A DNA stretch of 64,000 nt from an uncultured Gemmatimonadales bacterium (GTDB lineage: Bacteria; Gemmatimonadota; Gemmatimonadetes; Gemmatimonadales; GWC2-71-9), in NCBI GenBank assembly GCA_963695555.1, contig CAVOGR010000001.1, positions 608,001 to 672,000 on the forward strand, read 5' to 3'. The stretch's first letter is position 1. Every line of letters starts with the position of its first letter. This document shows positions 30,938-43,636 of the stretch, in pieces. The notes under the pieces are model-generated. The model saw only the letters and a list, made by a program, of their open reading frames with translations, did no database searches and was not told where the DNA came from. Both the position numbers and the translations under genes were made by a program.

Positions 30938-33900
30938 ATGCCGAATAGTCGACCGGTCATCACGTTTTCCAAGCGCGAAAGCGGCATGGCGATGCCGCAC
31001 TTGCTGGACATTCAGACTCAGGCGTTCAGCAATCTCTTGATTCCTGAGGCAGAAGCGGACCGGCAGGACGTGTCGCTCGATCGCGTGTTCCGGGAGCTCT
31101 TCCCGATTACGGACGTGAACGGGAAGTACTCCCTGGAGTTCCTGTCCTACGCGCTTGGCGAGCCGAAGTACTCGGTGGAGGAGTGCATCGAGCGGGACAT
31201 GACCTACGCGGCCCCGCTCAAGGCCACGCTCCGTCTCGACGTGTTCGAGGAGGTCGACGGGCAACGCCGCCTCAAGAATACGATCGAGAAGGAAGTCTAT
31301 CTCGGCGAACTGCCGATCATGACGCCGCTCGGCACCTTCGTGATCAACGGGGCCGAGCGGGTGGTGGTGAGTCAGCTGCACCGGTCGCCGGGTGTGGTCT
31401 TCGAGGAGTCCATTCATCCCAATGGGCAGCGGCTCTTCTCGGCACGGATCATCCCGTTCCGCGGCTCGTGGGTCGAATTCACGATCGATATCCATGACGT
31501 GATCTACGTCCATATCGACAAGAAGAAGAAGTTCCCGGCGACGGCACTGCTCCGGGCGTTCGGCCATGGGGAGAATGCCGACATCCTCCGGCTGTTCTTC
31601 GCCACCAAGACCATCGACATCACCGGGAAGTTGGAAGCACGCCACGAGCGCCGAGAGGTGATCGGCGCGCTCTTGGCCGAGCCGATTCCGAATCCGGAGG
31701 AGCCGGACGGCGATCCGCTCGCCGGCGTCGGTGACGAGCTCACGCCCGAACGGCTCGACGCCGTGCGGCACGTAGGCGTGAAGCAGGTGGTCATCTTCGC
31801 GGGCTACGCCACGATCGATCTGCGCAGCATCGAACAGCCCACCACCACGCGAGAGCGGGAACGCCGGATTCTCTCGGCCCCGGTACCCGATCCGACGACG
31901 GGCGAGGTCCTGGCCGACGCCGGGACGGAGCTGTCAGAGTCGCTGCGGAAGACGCTGCTCAAGGCCGGCGTCCACAAGGTCGAAGTACTCCTGCCATCCG
32001 GCCGGGCGGAGTCGTCGCTCATCAAGAACACCTTGGGCAAGGATCCGACGCACAGCGAGGCCGAGGCGCTGGAGCAGATCTACTCGCTCCTCCGGCCCGG
32101 TGAAGCTCCGAATCTCGAAACGGCGAGGGAAGCGCTCAAGCGACTCTTCTTCAACCCGAAGCGGTACGATCTCGGCCGGGTGGGCCGGTACAAGATCAAC
32201 CAGCGGCTCGGGACCGTGTCCCCGGAAGACCACACGGTCCTGACCGAAGACGATTTCGTCGCGATCATCCGCTACCTGATCCATTTGCGCGAGGGTCGCG
32301 GCTACACCGATGACATCGACCACTTGGGCAATCGCCGAATCCGGTCGGTCGGCGAGCTGATTGCGAATCAGTTCTCGGTGGGTCTGTCGCGGATGGCGCG
32401 GCTCGTCAAGGAACGGATGAGCATCAACAGCGATCCCGAGAAGATCTCGCTGGACGATCTTGTCAATGCGCGGACGGTCTCGGCCGTCATCCAGGCGTTC
32501 TTCGGATCGTCACAGCTCTCGCAGTTCATGGACCAGACCAATCCGCTCGCGGAACTGACCAATAAGCGGCGGCTGTCGGCCCTAGGGCCGGGTGGTCTGA
32601 CGCGGGAGCGCGCTGGCTTTGAGGTGCGCGACGTCCATTACTCGCAGTACGGCCGCATGTGCCCCATCGAGACGCCTGAAGGCCCGAACATCGGCCTGAT
32701 TACCAGCCTCTCGACCTATGCCCGGATCAATCATCTGGGATTCATCGAAACGCCGTATCGCGTGGTCAAGAACGGCAAGGTCACCGATGAGATCCACTGG
32801 CTCTCGGCCAGCGAGGAGGAAGAGTACGCGGTTGCGCAGGCGAACGCCCCGCTCAACCCGGATAACACCTTCCAGAATCCGCTCGTGCTGACCCGGAAGG
32901 GCGACGACTATCCGTTGCTCGCGCCGGAGCACATCGAGTACATGGATGTGGCGCCGGAGCAGCTGGTCTCCATCGCGGCCGCGCTCATTCCGTTCCTCGA
33001 GCATGACGACGCCAACCGCGCCCTCATGGGCTCCAATATGCAGCGTCAGTCCGTGCCACTCCTGTTCCCCTCGGCGCCGCTGGTTGGAACCGGGTTGGAG
33101 GAGAAGGTGGCGCGCGACTCGGGGGCGGTGATCGTGGCGCGCCGTGGGGGAATCGTGACGCGCGTGACGGCAGACGAAATTCTCATCGATGCCGGTGGCA
33201 AGCGCGCCAAGCCCAGCTCGGCGCCCCTCTCGCGGCTGATCCAGCACGACCGCTATCGCGTGAAGAAATTCTGGCGCACCAACCAAGACACCGCCATCAA
33301 TCAGCGGCCCCTCGTCCAGGTCGGCGATACCGTTACCGAGGATCAAATCATTGCCGACGGACCCGCCACCGACCACGGCGAACTCGCACTTGGCAGCAAT
33401 GTCGTTGTGGCGTTCATGCCGTGGTACGGCCACAACTTCGAAGACGCCATCGTCCTGTCCGAGCGCCTCGTGAAGGACGACGTGTATTCGTCGATCCACA
33501 TCCAGGAACTCGAGCTCCACGTCCGCGATACGAAGCGTGGCCAGGAGGAGATCACGCGCGAAATCCCGAATGTCTCGGATGAGGCGTTGGTCGATCTCGA
33601 CGAACGCGGCATCGTCCGGATCGGGGCCCACGTGGTTCCCGGGGACATTCTCGTTGGAAAGATCACGCCGAAGGGTGAGACCGAGCTCTCGCCTGAGGAA
33701 AAGCTGTTGACGGCCATCTTCGGCGAGAAGGCAAAGGACGTCAAGGACAGCTCCCTCAAGGTGCCGCCTGGTATGAAGGGTGTCATCATCGACGTCAAGA
33801 TCTTCAGCCGCATCGAAGATCAGGTTGTTGAGAAGGATCGTGGCGAGCGTATCGGGGAAGTCCGAAGGATCGAGAACGACGAGAAGGCTCGCATCAGCAC

Positions 33901-35416
33901 CGCGATGTTGGAGGAGCTGGCGGACCTCCTGGAAGGCCAGGAGGTGGCCCTCATGCTGAAGGCGGGTACGGTCGAGGAATTCTATCCGGCCGGGACCAAA
34001 CTTTCCGGCGCGATGCTGAAGGACCTCGATCTGACGGAGATCGACCTGAAGACGCTGAGGGTGGCCGATACAGCCGCGAACGACCGCATCAGGGCCACGA
34101 TCGATACGGCCGCTGCCGAGCGGGCCAAGGTCGAGGAGAAGGCTGAGGACCAGATTGACAAGATCCTGCAACCGGATGAGCTGCCTCCGGGCGTCATTCA
34201 GTTGGTCAAGGTCTATATCGCGGAAAAGCGCAAAGTCAGCGTTGGCGACAAGATGGCGGGCCGTCACGGCAACAAAGGCATCGTCGCCCGGATCGTGCCG
34301 GAAGAGGATATGCCGTTCCTACCGAACGGGGAACCGGTCGACATCGTGCTGAACCCGCTCGGCGTGCCGAGCCGTATGAACGTCGGCCAAATCCTGGAAA
34401 CCCACCTGGGGTGGTGTGCGCAGCTGCTCGGGTTCGAGGCGAAGACGCCGGTGTTCCGCGGCGCCGACGAAGCCGAGGTGGGCACCTTGTTGCGGCTCGC
34501 TGGATGCAAGTGGGCGGCCCAGGCGCTGCATCTTCGAGCGCCCGCCCCCGAGCCGACCAGCGATGTCATTACCCAGATGGTGGACGACCTCAAGCGGCTG
34601 GCGCCGCACGGGGAGAAGACGGCCATGGAAGACATCGGCATTGGATTGTTGGCCGATGCGAGTGCCGCACCCTCGACCCGCGCGCTGCACGATCAGGTTC
34701 GCACGTTCCTCGTCGAGGCAGCCAAGGATCTTGGCGCCCGCGAGCAGGAGCAATCACGGCACACACTCGCCTTCCACCAGGCCTGGGTCGAGCAGGCGGA
34801 CGACGCAACAGTGACCGGCCAGCCGTCCAAGAAGGCCATGAAGGAGCTGGAGGCGAAGGCTGAGGCATCACTGGCTGACGCATTGACCACGGGGGGGTAC
34901 CCTGCATTGGCCGAGGCGCTCGAATCCAAAGGCAAAGGCGACATCGACGCGTCGGTCGAAGAATTGATGCGCGCTGCCGGTCTGCTGCCGTACGGCAAGG
35001 CTCGGCTTCGTGATGGCCGTACCGGGCAGGAATTCGAGGGCGATGTGACGGTCGGTTCCATTTACATGCTGAAGTTGAGCCACCTGGTCGATGACAAGAT
35101 CCACGCCCGATCGATCGGCCCGTACTCGCTGGTCACCCAGCAGCCATTGGCCGGAAAGGCGCAGTTCGGCGGTCAGCGGTTCGGGGAAATGGAGGTCTGG
35201 GCGCTCGAAGCCTACGGCGCCTCCCACGTCCTTCAAGAGATGCTGACGGTCAAGTCGGACGATGTGAACGGCCGCAGTAAGGTTTATGAAGCGATCGTCA
35301 AGGGTCAGAATCTTCCGGAGCCCGGGATTCCCGAATCCTTCAATGTATTGGTCAAGGAACTCCAGGCCCTGGGGTTGAAGGTCACGCTCGGCACCACCGC
35401 CGACGGCGACGAGTAA
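30938..35416 (+). CDS. rpoB: RNA polymerase beta subunit
   Basis: [41 protein letters not shown]. Confidence 0.99.
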   Translation: MPNSRPVITFSKRESGMAMPHLLDIQTQAFSNLLIPEAEADRQDVSLDRVFRELFPITDVNGKYSLEFLSYALGEPKYSVEECIERDMTYAAPLKATLRLDVFEEVDGQRRLKNTIEKEVYLGELPIMTPLGTFVINGAERVVVSQLHRSPGVVFEESIHPNGQRLFSARIIPFRGSWVEFTIDIHDVIYVHIDKKKKFPATALLRAFGHGENADILRLFFATKTIDITGKLEARHERREVIGALLAEPIPNPEEPDGDPLAGVGDELTPERLDAVRHVGVKQVVIFAGYATIDLRSIEQPTTTRERERRILSAPVPDPTTGEVLADAGTELSESLRKTLLKAGVHKVEVLLPSGRAESSLIKNTLGKDPTHSEAEALEQIYSLLRPGEAPNLETAREALKRLFFNPKRYDLGRVGRYKINQRLGTVSPEDHTVLTEDDFVAIIRYLIHLREGRGYTDDIDHLGNRRIRSVGELIANQFSVGLSRMARLVKERMSINSDPEKISLDDLVNARTVSAVIQAFFGSSQLSQFMDQTNPLAELTNKRRLSALGPGGLTRERAGFEVRDVHYSQYGRMCPIETPEGPNIGLITSLSTYARINHLGFIETPYRVVKNGKVTDEIHWLSASEEEEYAVAQANAPLNPDNTFQNPLVLTRKGDDYPLLAPEHIEYMDVAPEQLVSIAAALIPFLEHDDANRALMGSNMQRQSVPLLFPSAPLVGTGLEEKVARDSGAVIVARRGGIVTRVTADEILIDAGGKRAKPSSAPLSRLIQHDRYRVKKFWRTNQDTAINQRPLVQVGDTVTEDQIIADGPATDHGELALGSNVVVAFMPWYGHNFEDAIVLSERLVKDDVYSSIHIQELELHVRDTKRGQEEITREIPNVSDEALVDLDERGIVRIGAHVVPGDILVGKITPKGETELSPEEKLLTAIFGEKAKDVKDSSLKVPPGMKGVIIDVKIFSRIEDQVVEKDRGERIGEVRRIENDEKARISTAMLEELADLLEGQEVALMLKAGTVEEFYPAGTKLSGAMLKDLDLTEIDLKTLRVADTAANDRIRATIDTAAAERAKVEEKAEDQIDKILQPDELPPGVIQLVKVYIAEKRKVSVGDKMAGRHGNKGIVARIVPEEDMPFLPNGEPVDIVLNPLGVPSRMNVGQILETHLGWCAQLLGFEAKTPVFRGADEAEVGTLLRLAGCKWAAQALHLRAPAPEPTSDVITQMVDDLKRLAPHGEKTAMEDIGIGLLADASAAPSTRALHDQVRTFLVEAAKDLGAREQEQSRHTLAFHQAWVEQADDATVTGQPSKKAMKELEAKAEASLADALTTGGYPALAEALESKGKGDIDASVEELMRAAGLLPYGKARLRDGRTGQEFEGDVTVGSIYMLKLSHLVDDKIHARSIGPYSLVTQQPLAGKAQFGGQRFGEMEVWALEAYGASHVLQEMLTVKSDDVNGRSKVYEAIVKGQNLPEPGIPESFNVLVKELQALGLKVTLGTTADGDE

Positions 35417-35426
35417 CGAGGTAGCC

Positions 35427-38400
35427 ATGATTGATTTTCGCAGCGGACGCGAGCCCGACGGTTCGAATTTCGACTATATCAGCATCCGGATCGCCTCCCC
35501 CGAGGAAATCCGGGGGCCCCGGGATACCAAGGAACGCGAGCGGCTTGAATTGCAGGGCCAACGCACCTGGTGGTCGTGGGGCGAAGTGACCAAGCCGGAA
35601 ACGATCAACTATCGGTCGTTCAAACCGGAAAAGGACGGGCTCTTTTGCGAGCGCATCTTCGGCCCCGTAAAGGACTGGGAATGCCATTGCGGCAAGTACA
35701 AGCGCATTCGCTATCGCGGAGTGATCTGCGACCGGTGCGGTGTCGAGGTAACGCTGAGCAAGGTTCGGCGCGAGCGCATGGGGCACATCGAGTTGAGCGT
35801 GCCGGTCGCGCACATCTGGTTCTTCAAGACCCTCCCGTCGCCCATGGGAAATCTCCTGGGCATGACGCTCCGGGACCTCGAACGGGTGGTGTATTACTCG
35901 AACTACATCGTCATCGATCCGGGCAAGCAAGAGGTGGAGCTGCATCAGTTGCTTGATGAGGACCAGTATCTCGATCTCCGACAGAAGGCCCAATCCGACG
36001 GCGACAACGGGTTCAAGGCCGACATCGGCGCCCCGGCAGTGCGGGAGATCCTGAGCCGCCTCGAACTGAAGAAGTTGGCGGAAGATCTTCGCGCCAAGGT
36101 CGCGACCGAGACCAGCCAGCATCGGAAGAAACAGATGCTCAAGCGGCTCAAGATCGTGGACGCGTTCTTGAGCTCTGGCGACTCCGGCGACCTGCCCAAT
36201 GATCCCAGCTGGATGATCTTGGACGTCGTGCCGGTCATCCCGCCTGATCTGCGGCCGCTGGTTCCGCTCGATGGTGGGCGCTTTGCGACCAGTGACCTGA
36301 ACGATCTCTACCGCAGGGTCATCAACCGCAACAACCGGCTGCAGAAGCTGATTCAGCATCGTGCGCCGGAAGTCATCTTGCGGAATGAGAAGCGGATGCT
36401 GCAAGAGGCCGTCGACGCCTTGTTCGACAACGGCCGGCGCTCAAAGGCCATCCGGGGCAGAGGGAAGCGGCCGCTCAAGTCGTTGTCCGACATGCTCAAA
36501 GGAAAGCAAGGCCGCTTCCGCCAGAATCTGCTCGGGAAACGAGTCGACTACTCGGGCCGTTCGGTCATCGTGGTGGGCCCGGAGCTCCGGCTCCATCAAT
36601 GCGGGCTGCCCAAGGCCATGGCCGTCGAGCTGTTCAAGCCCTTCATCATCCACAAGCTGGTGGAAAAGGGCATCGCCGAGACGGTGAAGCGTGCGAAGAA
36701 GATCGTGGAGCGCGAATCCTCGGAAGTCTACGAGATCCTGGAAGAGATCATTCAGGACCACCCTGTGCTTCTGAATCGTGCGCCGACGCTCCACCGGCTT
36801 GGTATTCAGGCCTTCGAGCCGGTCCTGGTCGAAGGAAAGGCCATCCGGATCCATCCGCTCGTGTGCGCGGCCTTCAATGCGGACTTCGATGGCGACCAAA
36901 TGGCGGTGCACGTGCCGCTGTCCTTCGAGGCCCAGCTCGAAGCGCGGGTGCTGATGATCTCATCCAATAACGTCCTCAAGCCCTCCGATGGCCGGCCGGT
37001 GGCCGAGCCGTCACAGGACATGGTGTTGGGTTGTTACTTCCTGACTAAGTTGCCGCCGGGCTTCGAAGAGCGGCTGTCAGCGGCCGAGGGCGAGGAGCGG
37101 GTGGCCGTGAAGGCGGAGCTCTGGAAGGACGCTCGGCATTTCGGCAGCCCGGCAGAACTGGAGATGGCGCTGCTCGGCAGTTCTGTGGGATACAATTCGG
37201 CCATCTGGTTCTGGTATGTGCCACCGCACGAAGCCCAGGACCCGTATCCGCGGTGGGTCATGACCACCATCGGCCGGGTGCTGTTCAACAATATTCTGCC
37301 GCGGCAGCTCGTGGCCGAGCTGGGATTCCGCGATGACCTGATGAAGAAGAAGACGCTGTCCGAACTGGTGCTCCAAGCGTATCGACGCGCGGGGCTCTCG
37401 GAGACGGTACTGTTCCTGGACCGGCTCAAGGATTTCGGGTTCCGGTTCGCGACGATGGGCGGCATTTCGATCGGGGTTGAAGATCTGGAGGTGCCGGCAG
37501 AGAAGGCCACCCTCATTGAAGAGGCCGATAAGCGCGTCGGGAGATTCCAAAAAGCGTACAACACGGGGCAGATCACCTTCGGAGAGCGGTATAACAAGGT
37601 GATCGACGCCTGGACGCACGCCAATAACGACGTCGCCAACGCGATGATCAACCATATGCGGACCTCGCGTGGCGGCTACAACCCCGTCTTCATGATGTTC
37701 GATTCGGGGTCTCGGGGAAGCCGGGACCAGATCCGGCAGCTGGCCGGCATGCGGGGGCTGATGGCCAAGCCCCAGAAGAAACTCACCGGCGGCATCGGGG
37801 AGATCATCGAGAGTCCGATCAAGTCGAACTTCCGGGAAGGCCTCACCGTCCTCGAGTACTTCATCTCGACCCACGGAGCCCGGAAGGGATTGGCCGACAC
37901 GGCCCTCAAGACGGCCGATGCGGGATACCTCACCCGTCGGCTCGTCGACGTGGCGCAAGACGTCACCATTACCGAAGAGGATTGCGGGACCATCCTCGGC
38001 CTCGACGTGACGGCCCTCAAGGAGGGAGAGGATGTGATCGAGCCCGTGGCCGAACGCATTCTCGGCAGTGTGATCTCGGAAGACGTGTTCGATCCGCATG
38101 AGCTCGATGAGGACGGCGATCCGAAACTGCTCGCGCATGCGGGCCAGCTCGTGTCGGAAGAGATCGCCGCCGCGATCGACGAAGCCGGCATCGATAAGGT
38201 CGCGATTCGATCGGTCTTGACGTGTGAGTCCCGGCGTGGTGTGTGCCGGATGTGTTACGGGCGGAATCTCGCCACCATGGACATGGTGGACATGGGAGAG
38301 GCCGTTGGCATTTTGGCTGCCCAATCCATCGGTGAGCCGGGGACGCAGCTCACGCTCCGCACCTTCCACATCGGCGGAACCTCCGCCCGTATTGCCGAGG

Positions 38401-39959
38401 AAGCCGAGCGACGAGCCAGGTTGGACGGAATTGTGCACTATACCAAGGGATTGGAATACGCCGACCTCCCGGTCCGGCATGAAGACGATTCCGAGAGCAT
38501 AATCCGTGTCGTGCTGACGCGTGAGGATGAATCCGCCGAAGAGGAACGGCGCGAAGGCATCATCGTCGTCGACGCCAACGACCCCGAGCGGATCCTCAAC
38601 CGGTACCCGGTTCCCGAAGGGGCGGTGCTGCACGTCAAGGAAGGCGACAAAGCCATCCGTGGCGACGGGGACCGGCGTGCCACCATTCTGTATACCTGGG
38701 ATCCGTACAACGATCCGAGCATCATCAAGCTGGACGGAAAACTGCGCTGGAAGGACCTGGTTCCCGGCGTCACCCTGCGCGAAGAGCTGGACGAAGCGAC
38801 AGGGCTCCGGTCTCTCGTAGTGAGCGCCGATCCTGATCGGGAGCTCCATCCCTCGGTACTGGTGTATAGCACCAACCGGAAGAACCCGCAGGAATACACC
38901 CTCGCCGAAGGGTCACGCATCATTCTGGGGTCGCCCACCGACCAGGTGAGCCGGGCGATGAAGCTGGAAGATACGGGGAACCCGTGGTCCTCGAAGTTCC
39001 ACGTCGAAGAGGTCGGCGTGAATGTCGCCTGGCCAAGCAAGGGCAAGAAGGAGAGCAAGGACAAGACGGTCTTCCTTTCCGACCCCGTGAAGGTCATGAA
39101 GGGTGTGACCGTCACCAAGATCCCGCGCCAGGCGTACAAGACCAGGGACATCACCGGCGGTCTGCCTCGGGTGGCCGAATTGTTCGAGGCTCGCCGTCCC
39201 AAGGATCCCGCGACGATCTCTGAGGTCGATGGCGCGGTATCGTTCGGAGAGATCAAGCGCGGCAAGCGTGAGATCTTCGTCACTCCGGGCGAAGGCGAGG
39301 CGCAAACGTACGAGGTCGCCGCCGGCAAGCACCTGCGGGTGCATGAAGGCGACCGGGTGCGCGCGGGCGACCGGCTTACCGAAGGCCCGGTCAATCCTCA
39401 CGACATTCTGCGTATCAAGGGACCACGGGCGGTGCAGGAGTACTTGCTGAATGAGGTGCAGGAGGTCTACCGGTTGCAGGGAGTCAGGATCGCCGACAAG
39501 CACATCGGTGTTATCGTCAGGCAGATGCTGCAAAAGGTGCGTGTCAGCGCTCCCGCCGACACCGACTTCCTGGAAGGAGAGACCGTCGACCGGCTGCTCT
39601 TCCGCGACGTAAATGAGCGGACCGTCAAGCGCAAAAACACCCCGGCGACCTCCGAGCCCGTTCTGCTCGGCATCACCAAGGCGAGCTTGACGACGCAGTC
39701 GTTCATTTCCGCGGCCTCGTTCCAGGAGACCACGCGAGTGCTGACCGATGCGGCCATTCGCGGAGCCAAGGACGATCTGCTCGGCCTCAAGGAGAATATC
39801 ATCATCGGCCACCTCATCCCGGCCGGAACCGGCATCTACCGGTATGCCGAGATCGAGATCGAACCGCCGGCGGGCTTCGAACCGCCGCCGCCGCCGGAAC
39901 CGGTGGAGGAACCGACGCCGGAACAGATGGGAATCGTGTCGGCGGCAGTGGCAAGCTGA
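35427..39959 (+). CDS. rpoC: RNA polymerase beta' subunit
   Basis: NADFDGD catalytic motif, Zn-finger Cys, SAASFQETT. Confidence 0.99.
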   Translation: MIDFRSGREPDGSNFDYISIRIASPEEIRGPRDTKERERLELQGQRTWWSWGEVTKPETINYRSFKPEKDGLFCERIFGPVKDWECHCGKYKRIRYRGVICDRCGVEVTLSKVRRERMGHIELSVPVAHIWFFKTLPSPMGNLLGMTLRDLERVVYYSNYIVIDPGKQEVELHQLLDEDQYLDLRQKAQSDGDNGFKADIGAPAVREILSRLELKKLAEDLRAKVATETSQHRKKQMLKRLKIVDAFLSSGDSGDLPNDPSWMILDVVPVIPPDLRPLVPLDGGRFATSDLNDLYRRVINRNNRLQKLIQHRAPEVILRNEKRMLQEAVDALFDNGRRSKAIRGRGKRPLKSLSDMLKGKQGRFRQNLLGKRVDYSGRSVIVVGPELRLHQCGLPKAMAVELFKPFIIHKLVEKGIAETVKRAKKIVERESSEVYEILEEIIQDHPVLLNRAPTLHRLGIQAFEPVLVEGKAIRIHPLVCAAFNADFDGDQMAVHVPLSFEAQLEARVLMISSNNVLKPSDGRPVAEPSQDMVLGCYFLTKLPPGFEERLSAAEGEERVAVKAELWKDARHFGSPAELEMALLGSSVGYNSAIWFWYVPPHEAQDPYPRWVMTTIGRVLFNNILPRQLVAELGFRDDLMKKKTLSELVLQAYRRAGLSETVLFLDRLKDFGFRFATMGGISIGVEDLEVPAEKATLIEEADKRVGRFQKAYNTGQITFGERYNKVIDAWTHANNDVANAMINHMRTSRGGYNPVFMMFDSGSRGSRDQIRQLAGMRGLMAKPQKKLTGGIGEIIESPIKSNFREGLTVLEYFISTHGARKGLADTALKTADAGYLTRRLVDVAQDVTITEEDCGTILGLDVTALKEGEDVIEPVAERILGSVISEDVFDPHELDEDGDPKLLAHAGQLVSEEIAAAIDEAGIDKVAIRSVLTCESRRGVCRMCYGRNLATMDMVDMGEAVGILAAQSIGEPGTQLTLRTFHIGGTSARIAEEAERRARLDGIVHYTKGLEYADLPVRHEDDSESIIRVVLTREDESAEEERREGIIVVDANDPERILNRYPVPEGAVLHVKEGDKAIRGDGDRRATILYTWDPYNDPSIIKLDGKLRWKDLVPGVTLREELDEATGLRSLVVSADPDRELHPSVLVYSTNRKNPQEYTLAEGSRIILGSPTDQVSRAMKLEDTGNPWSSKFHVEEVGVNVAWPSKGKKESKDKTVFLSDPVKVMKGVTVTKIPRQAYKTRDITGGLPRVAELFEARRPKDPATISEVDGAVSFGEIKRGKREIFVTPGEGEAQTYEVAAGKHLRVHEGDRVRAGDRLTEGPVNPHDILRIKGPRAVQEYLLNEVQEVYRLQGVRIADKHIGVIVRQMLQKVRVSAPADTDFLEGETVDRLLFRDVNERTVKRKNTPATSEPVLLGITKASLTTQSFISAASFQETTRVLTDAAIRGAKDDLLGLKENIIIGHLIPAGTGIYRYAEIEIEPPAGFEPPPPPEPVEEPTPEQMGIVSAAVAS

Positions 39960-39980
39960 GCCGGCAGCGGGTCCACGGTA

Positions 39981-40016
39981 TCGCGGGGGCAGGCCACGGA
40001 CGGCCTGCCCCCGCGA
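39981..40016 (+). terminator. Strong hairpin after rpoC
   Basis: TCGCGGGGGCAGGCC-ACGGAC-GGCCTGCCCCCGCGA perfect 15-bp stem; weak U tract (CGTT). Confidence 0.7.
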
Positions 40017-40123
40017 CGTTGAGGGACTGTCGCATTCCGTAGCGGTCTCGGCCGATGGGGAGTATGATTCCGTACGGTGATCTCGACCGTCGCCCCTCGT
40101 TCAATCCGGAGGTTCGCACCGAA

Positions 40124-40570
40124 ATGCCATCCCAACCATCCGCACCCCATCCCGACCGGATGCAGCGCGCCCAGGGACAAATTGCCGAGGATCACCACGA
40201 CCTCCGACAGGCTCTGGTGAAGCTTCGGCACACGACGGAGCTCGCTCTGCTGATTCCCCAGCTCACCCAGCTGCGCGCCGAATTGAAAGAGCACTTCGAG
40301 CTCGAAGAAGGCGAAGAGGGGCTGGCACAGGCGATTGGAGAGTCAGCTCCCCATCATTTGAACCGGCTCACTAAACTCTTCGACGAACACGTCGCCATGC
40401 TCGCTGCGGTAAATGGGATCATCGAGCGGGCCGAAGCCTGCCTCGATGGGCCGGTTGCGGAGGTGTTTCGTGAGGTGACGGGGCTGTGTGGCCAGCTCGA
40501 GGAGCACGAGGCCAACGAGACCCAGCTCCTCACCGAGGCCGTATTCACCGATTTGGGGACAAGCGGCTAG
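40124..40570 (+). CDS. Hemerythrin/HHE domain protein
   Basis: EDH...EHFELEE...DEH...EHEANE four-helix metal-ligand pattern; GGAGG upstream. Confidence 0.8.
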   Translation: MPSQPSAPHPDRMQRAQGQIAEDHHDLRQALVKLRHTTELALLIPQLTQLRAELKEHFELEEGEEGLAQAIGESAPHHLNRLTKLFDEHVAMLAAVNGIIERAEACLDGPVAEVFREVTGLCGQLEEHEANETQLLTEAVFTDLGTSG

Positions 40571-40580
40571 CCAAGCAGCG

Positions 40581-41579
40581 CTAGAGCGAGCTCACGATCC
40601 TCGCATTGTGCCCGCGGCCGGCCAAGATGCGCTCAGCGTCGGCCTGCCGCATGCCGAAGATCGCGGTCGCCGCGGCGTCCGCGTGCATACAGGAGCTGGC
40701 CGAGACGCTCACGCTGTGTGTCGGGGTCAGGCGCGGTGCCGCAGTCCGAGGGTCCAGGAGATGATGGTAGCGGCGCCCCGCGTACTGGAAGTACTGGAGG
40801 TAGTCCCCGCTCGTTGCCACCGCAGCATCGGTGAGCTCGAGAGTCCCGGCTAGGCGCGAGGGATCGAGCGGCGAACGGATGCCTATGTTCCACGGGTCGC
40901 CCGACGGCGCCCGACCCAAGGCGTAGAGATCTCCCCCCACATTGATCAGCGCCCGATCGATGCCACGGCTCCGGAGCGCAGCCACCGCGCGGTCGACCGC
41001 GAATCCCTTCGCGATACCGCCAAGATCGACGTGAATATCGTCGGTGGTGAAGCGGACAGCCGCGGCTCCCTGCCAGCGCGAGACATCCATGCCCCGATAG
41101 AATTGTCTCGCGGCCAGCGTGTGGACTTGCCGGGCCGGCGGCGGTGCGTGCCGGTGCATGACATCCCAGAGCTCCAGCGCCTTGCCGATGCACGGATCGA
41201 ACGCCCCGTCACTCGCCTCCGCCCAGCGAAGCGCCTCCTGGAGCACGAGGGCCGTGTCGTCGCTGATAGGCACGCCGTCTGCTGCTGCCCCGCGGTTGGC
41301 TCGACCAATATCGGACGAGGGGTCGAACCGGCTCATCGTGCGCTCCACCGCGCGCAGCTCGTCGATGGCCGCACGGATGGCCTGCTGCGCCAGCCGTTGG
41401 TCGAACGTCAGGACGGCAAACTCGGCGATGGTACCCATGACGGGCACGGTCCGGCGGACCAGCGTGCGTCGGTGCCATGAAAACGGCACCGCCGACACGA
41501 GGAAGGCACCGAGGCCCATGCGCAGGACATCGCGCCGGGTGGGATGGTGGTGGGGCACTCCGGGCTCACGGCCGTTCAT
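40581..41579 (-). CDS. apbE: FAD:protein FMN transferase (Tat-exported)
   Basis: TRRDVL Tat motif, VMGT, DLGGIAKGFAVD, NVGGD, ATSGDY, HHLLDPRT, ADAAATA. Confidence 0.95.
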   Translation of the reverse strand: MNGREPGVPHHHPTRRDVLRMGLGAFLVSAVPFSWHRRTLVRRTVPVMGTIAEFAVLTFDQRLAQQAIRAAIDELRAVERTMSRFDPSSDIGRANRGAAADGVPISDDTALVLQEALRWAEASDGAFDPCIGKALELWDVMHRHAPPPARQVHTLAARQFYRGMDVSRWQGAAAVRFTTDDIHVDLGGIAKGFAVDRAVAALRSRGIDRALINVGGDLYALGRAPSGDPWNIGIRSPLDPSRLAGTLELTDAAVATSGDYLQYFQYAGRRYHHLLDPRTAAPRLTPTHSVSVSASSCMHADAAATAIFGMRQADAERILAGRGHNARIVSSL

Positions 41580-41743
41580 GGTGACTCCGGTGGACGAGCG
41601 GCACAGCCGCAGTGATGACAGGACGCCGGCGAGTCTCCGGTCGTGCAGGTATCGCAGTGGGTTGACGTGGGCGCCCCCCGCTGGAGCAGGCCGAAGCCCG
41701 CGAACATGAGGGCGACCGCGAAGACGGCGATGACGATGCTCAT
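41576..41743 (-). CDS. 55-aa single-TM Cys-rich protein (NqrM-like architecture)
   Basis: MSIVIAVFAVALMFAGFGLLQRGAPTSTHCDTCTTGDSPASCHHCGCAARPPESP; ATGA overlaps with rnfA and apbE. Confidence 0.72.
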   Translation of the reverse strand: MSIVIAVFAVALMFAGFGLLQRGAPTSTHCDTCTTGDSPASCHHCGCAARPPESP

Positions 41744-42321
41744 GTGGAACTCAGAAGGCCGGCAAAGCCCATAAACGCGAGGGACAAGCTCCCCGCGATG
41801 ATCAGGACCAGGGCGGTCCCGCGCGCAAGGTCGGGAATCTCGGCCAACTCGGTGTTCTCCCTGATCGAGGCCATGAGGACCAGCGCGAGCGTCAAACCGA
41901 GTCCCGCCCCAACGGCGAAAAACAGCCCCTGCCAGAATCCGTAGCCACGATTGGTCTGGAAGATCGCGAGTCCCAGAATGGCACAGTTGGTGGTGATGAG
42001 CGGAAGATAGATCCCGAGTTGTCGGAACAGGGTCGGGCTCACCTTCTTGATGACCATCTCGACGATCTGTACCAACGACGCGATCACCACGATGAAGGAA
42101 ATGAGCCGCAGATACGGCGCATGCGGCAGAATGAACGTGTTCAGGAACCAGGCACAGATCGATGTGATCGTGAGGACGAAAATATTGGCCGCCCCCATCC
42201 GGAGGGCCGTCTCGATGCGCCCTGAGACGCCCATGAACGGACACAGTCCAAGGAACAGCACGAGCGTGAAGTTGTTCACCACCATCGCGGACACGAGGAT
42301 CCACATCAGGTCGCCCATCAT
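41740..42321 (-). CDS. rnfA: Rnf complex subunit A
   Basis: NNFTLVLFLGLCPFMG, LGIYLPLITTNCAILG. Confidence 0.93.
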   Translation of the reverse strand: MMGDLMWILVSAMVVNNFTLVLFLGLCPFMGVSGRIETALRMGAANIFVLTITSICAWFLNTFILPHAPYLRLISFIVVIASLVQIVEMVIKKVSPTLFRQLGIYLPLITTNCAILGLAIFQTNRGYGFWQGLFFAVGAGLGLTLALVLMASIRENTELAEIPDLARGTALVLIIAGSLSLAFMGFAGLLSST

Positions 42322-42974
42322 GCGGTCCTCCTCTGGGCCACGCCCTCCGGCCACTCACGGATTGCCGCGTTCAGCGCTCGCTTGCGCTGGACCCAACTCA
42401 GCGCCAACAGCAGGAAGCCTAGGGTGAGGAACCCACCGGGCGGCAACGCGAAGATGACCCAGGGTTCGAAGCTCGACCCGAACACGCTCATTCCGAGGAA
42501 GGTTCCGTTGCCGAGAATCTCGCGGACCGAGCCCATCATGAGCATGGCGATCATGAAACCGATGCCGGACCCAAAGGCGTCGAGGAGCGATCGGCCGACC
42601 GGGTTCTTGGAGGCGAAGGCTTCCTGACGGCCAAGGATCATGCAGTTGACGACGATGAGGGCGACGAATGCGCCGAGCGCCTTATGGACCGTCGGCACCA
42701 TGGCTTCCAGCCCCATGTCCGCGATCGTAACGAAGGTGGCGATGACGAGGATATAGGTCGAAATCCGCACTTCGTGCGGGACGAATCGCTTGAAGGTCGA
42801 GACCAGAAGACTCGAACCGGTCAGCACGAAGAAAGTGGCCACGCCCATGGCGATGCTGTTGGCGACCGTGTTGGTCACCGCCAGGGCGGGGCAGAGTCCA
42901 AGCATCTGCACCAGGACAGGGTTCTCCCGCCACACCCCGCGCAGAAAATCTGCCTGCCGTGTCGTTTCTTTCAT
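42318..42974 (-). CDS. rnfE: Rnf complex subunit E
   Basis: ENPVLVQMLGLCPALAVT, LIVVNCMILGR.EAFA, REILG.G, LPPGGF. Confidence 0.93.
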   Translation of the reverse strand: MKETTRQADFLRGVWRENPVLVQMLGLCPALAVTNTVANSIAMGVATFFVLTGSSLLVSTFKRFVPHEVRISTYILVIATFVTIADMGLEAMVPTVHKALGAFVALIVVNCMILGRQEAFASKNPVGRSLLDAFGSGIGFMIAMLMMGSVREILGNGTFLGMSVFGSSFEPWVIFALPPGGFLTLGFLLLALSWVQRKRALNAAIREWPEGVAQRRTA

Positions 42975-43636
42975 GGGCTTCGCTCGGCAACCGAGGATTG
43001 AAATGCCGGTTGCAGACGTTCCAGCGCGTTGTTGATGATGCGGATTACCGCCCGCGACGAGATGGTGGCGCCCGTGATCATGGCGACCTCATGTGGGTCG
43101 GTGCCGGTCACGTCCCGGGCCTTCATGCCTTTGAGCGGTGAGCCGGCGCCCTGGAACTGGGAGACGAAATCCTGATCCTTCTCGATCTTGTCCCCCAGGC
43201 CGGGCGTTTCCTTGCTCTCCAGGACCTTCATGCCGAGGATCGTCCCCGTTTCAGGATCGTAGCCGAAGATCAGCCGAATCACATCCTGGAAGCCTGGCTC
43301 CCCGGCCGGAATGGCATATCCGATGCTCGTTCCATCCGTTCGGTATCCGTGGTAGACGATTTCTAGGCCCTTGTCCCGCGGCCCGACCCCGGGGGGCGGG
43401 CTGTCATGCAGTACGCCCGCATAGGCGTAGAGCGTGTCGTAGTGGTCCGGTGCCTCCAGCACCTCGTACACCGCCTCCTGAAGCATGCGTGCCTTGTAGG
43501 CCTGAATCGTCGGCTGGGTCCAGCCGAACACGAAGACGATGAGGAGCCCGGCCACTGCCCCCGCCCCCGCGAGCGTGGCGAGCAGACGTCCGGCAGCCAC
43601 GTTGGGCCGTTCGGTCGGCGGCGTTGGAGGCGTCAT
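42971..43636 (-). CDS. rnfG: Rnf complex subunit G
   Basis: N-terminal TM, ETPGLG, FMN-attachment motif ITGATISSRAV. Confidence 0.92.
   Translation of the reverse strand: MTPPTPPTERPNVAAGRLLATLAGAGAVAGLLIVFVFGWTQPTIQAYKARMLQEAVYEVLEAPDHYDTLYAYAGVLHDSPPPGVGPRDKGLEIVYHGYRTDGTSIGYAIPAGEPGFQDVIRLIFGYDPETGTILGMKVLESKETPGLGDKIEKDQDFVSQFQGAGSPLKGMKARDVTGTDPHEVAMITGATISSRAVIRIINNALERLQPAFQSSVAERSP

Noticed and set aside
34480..34990. Intein in RpoB
   Set aside because: No Cys/Ser start, His-Asn end or LAGLIDADG motifs.
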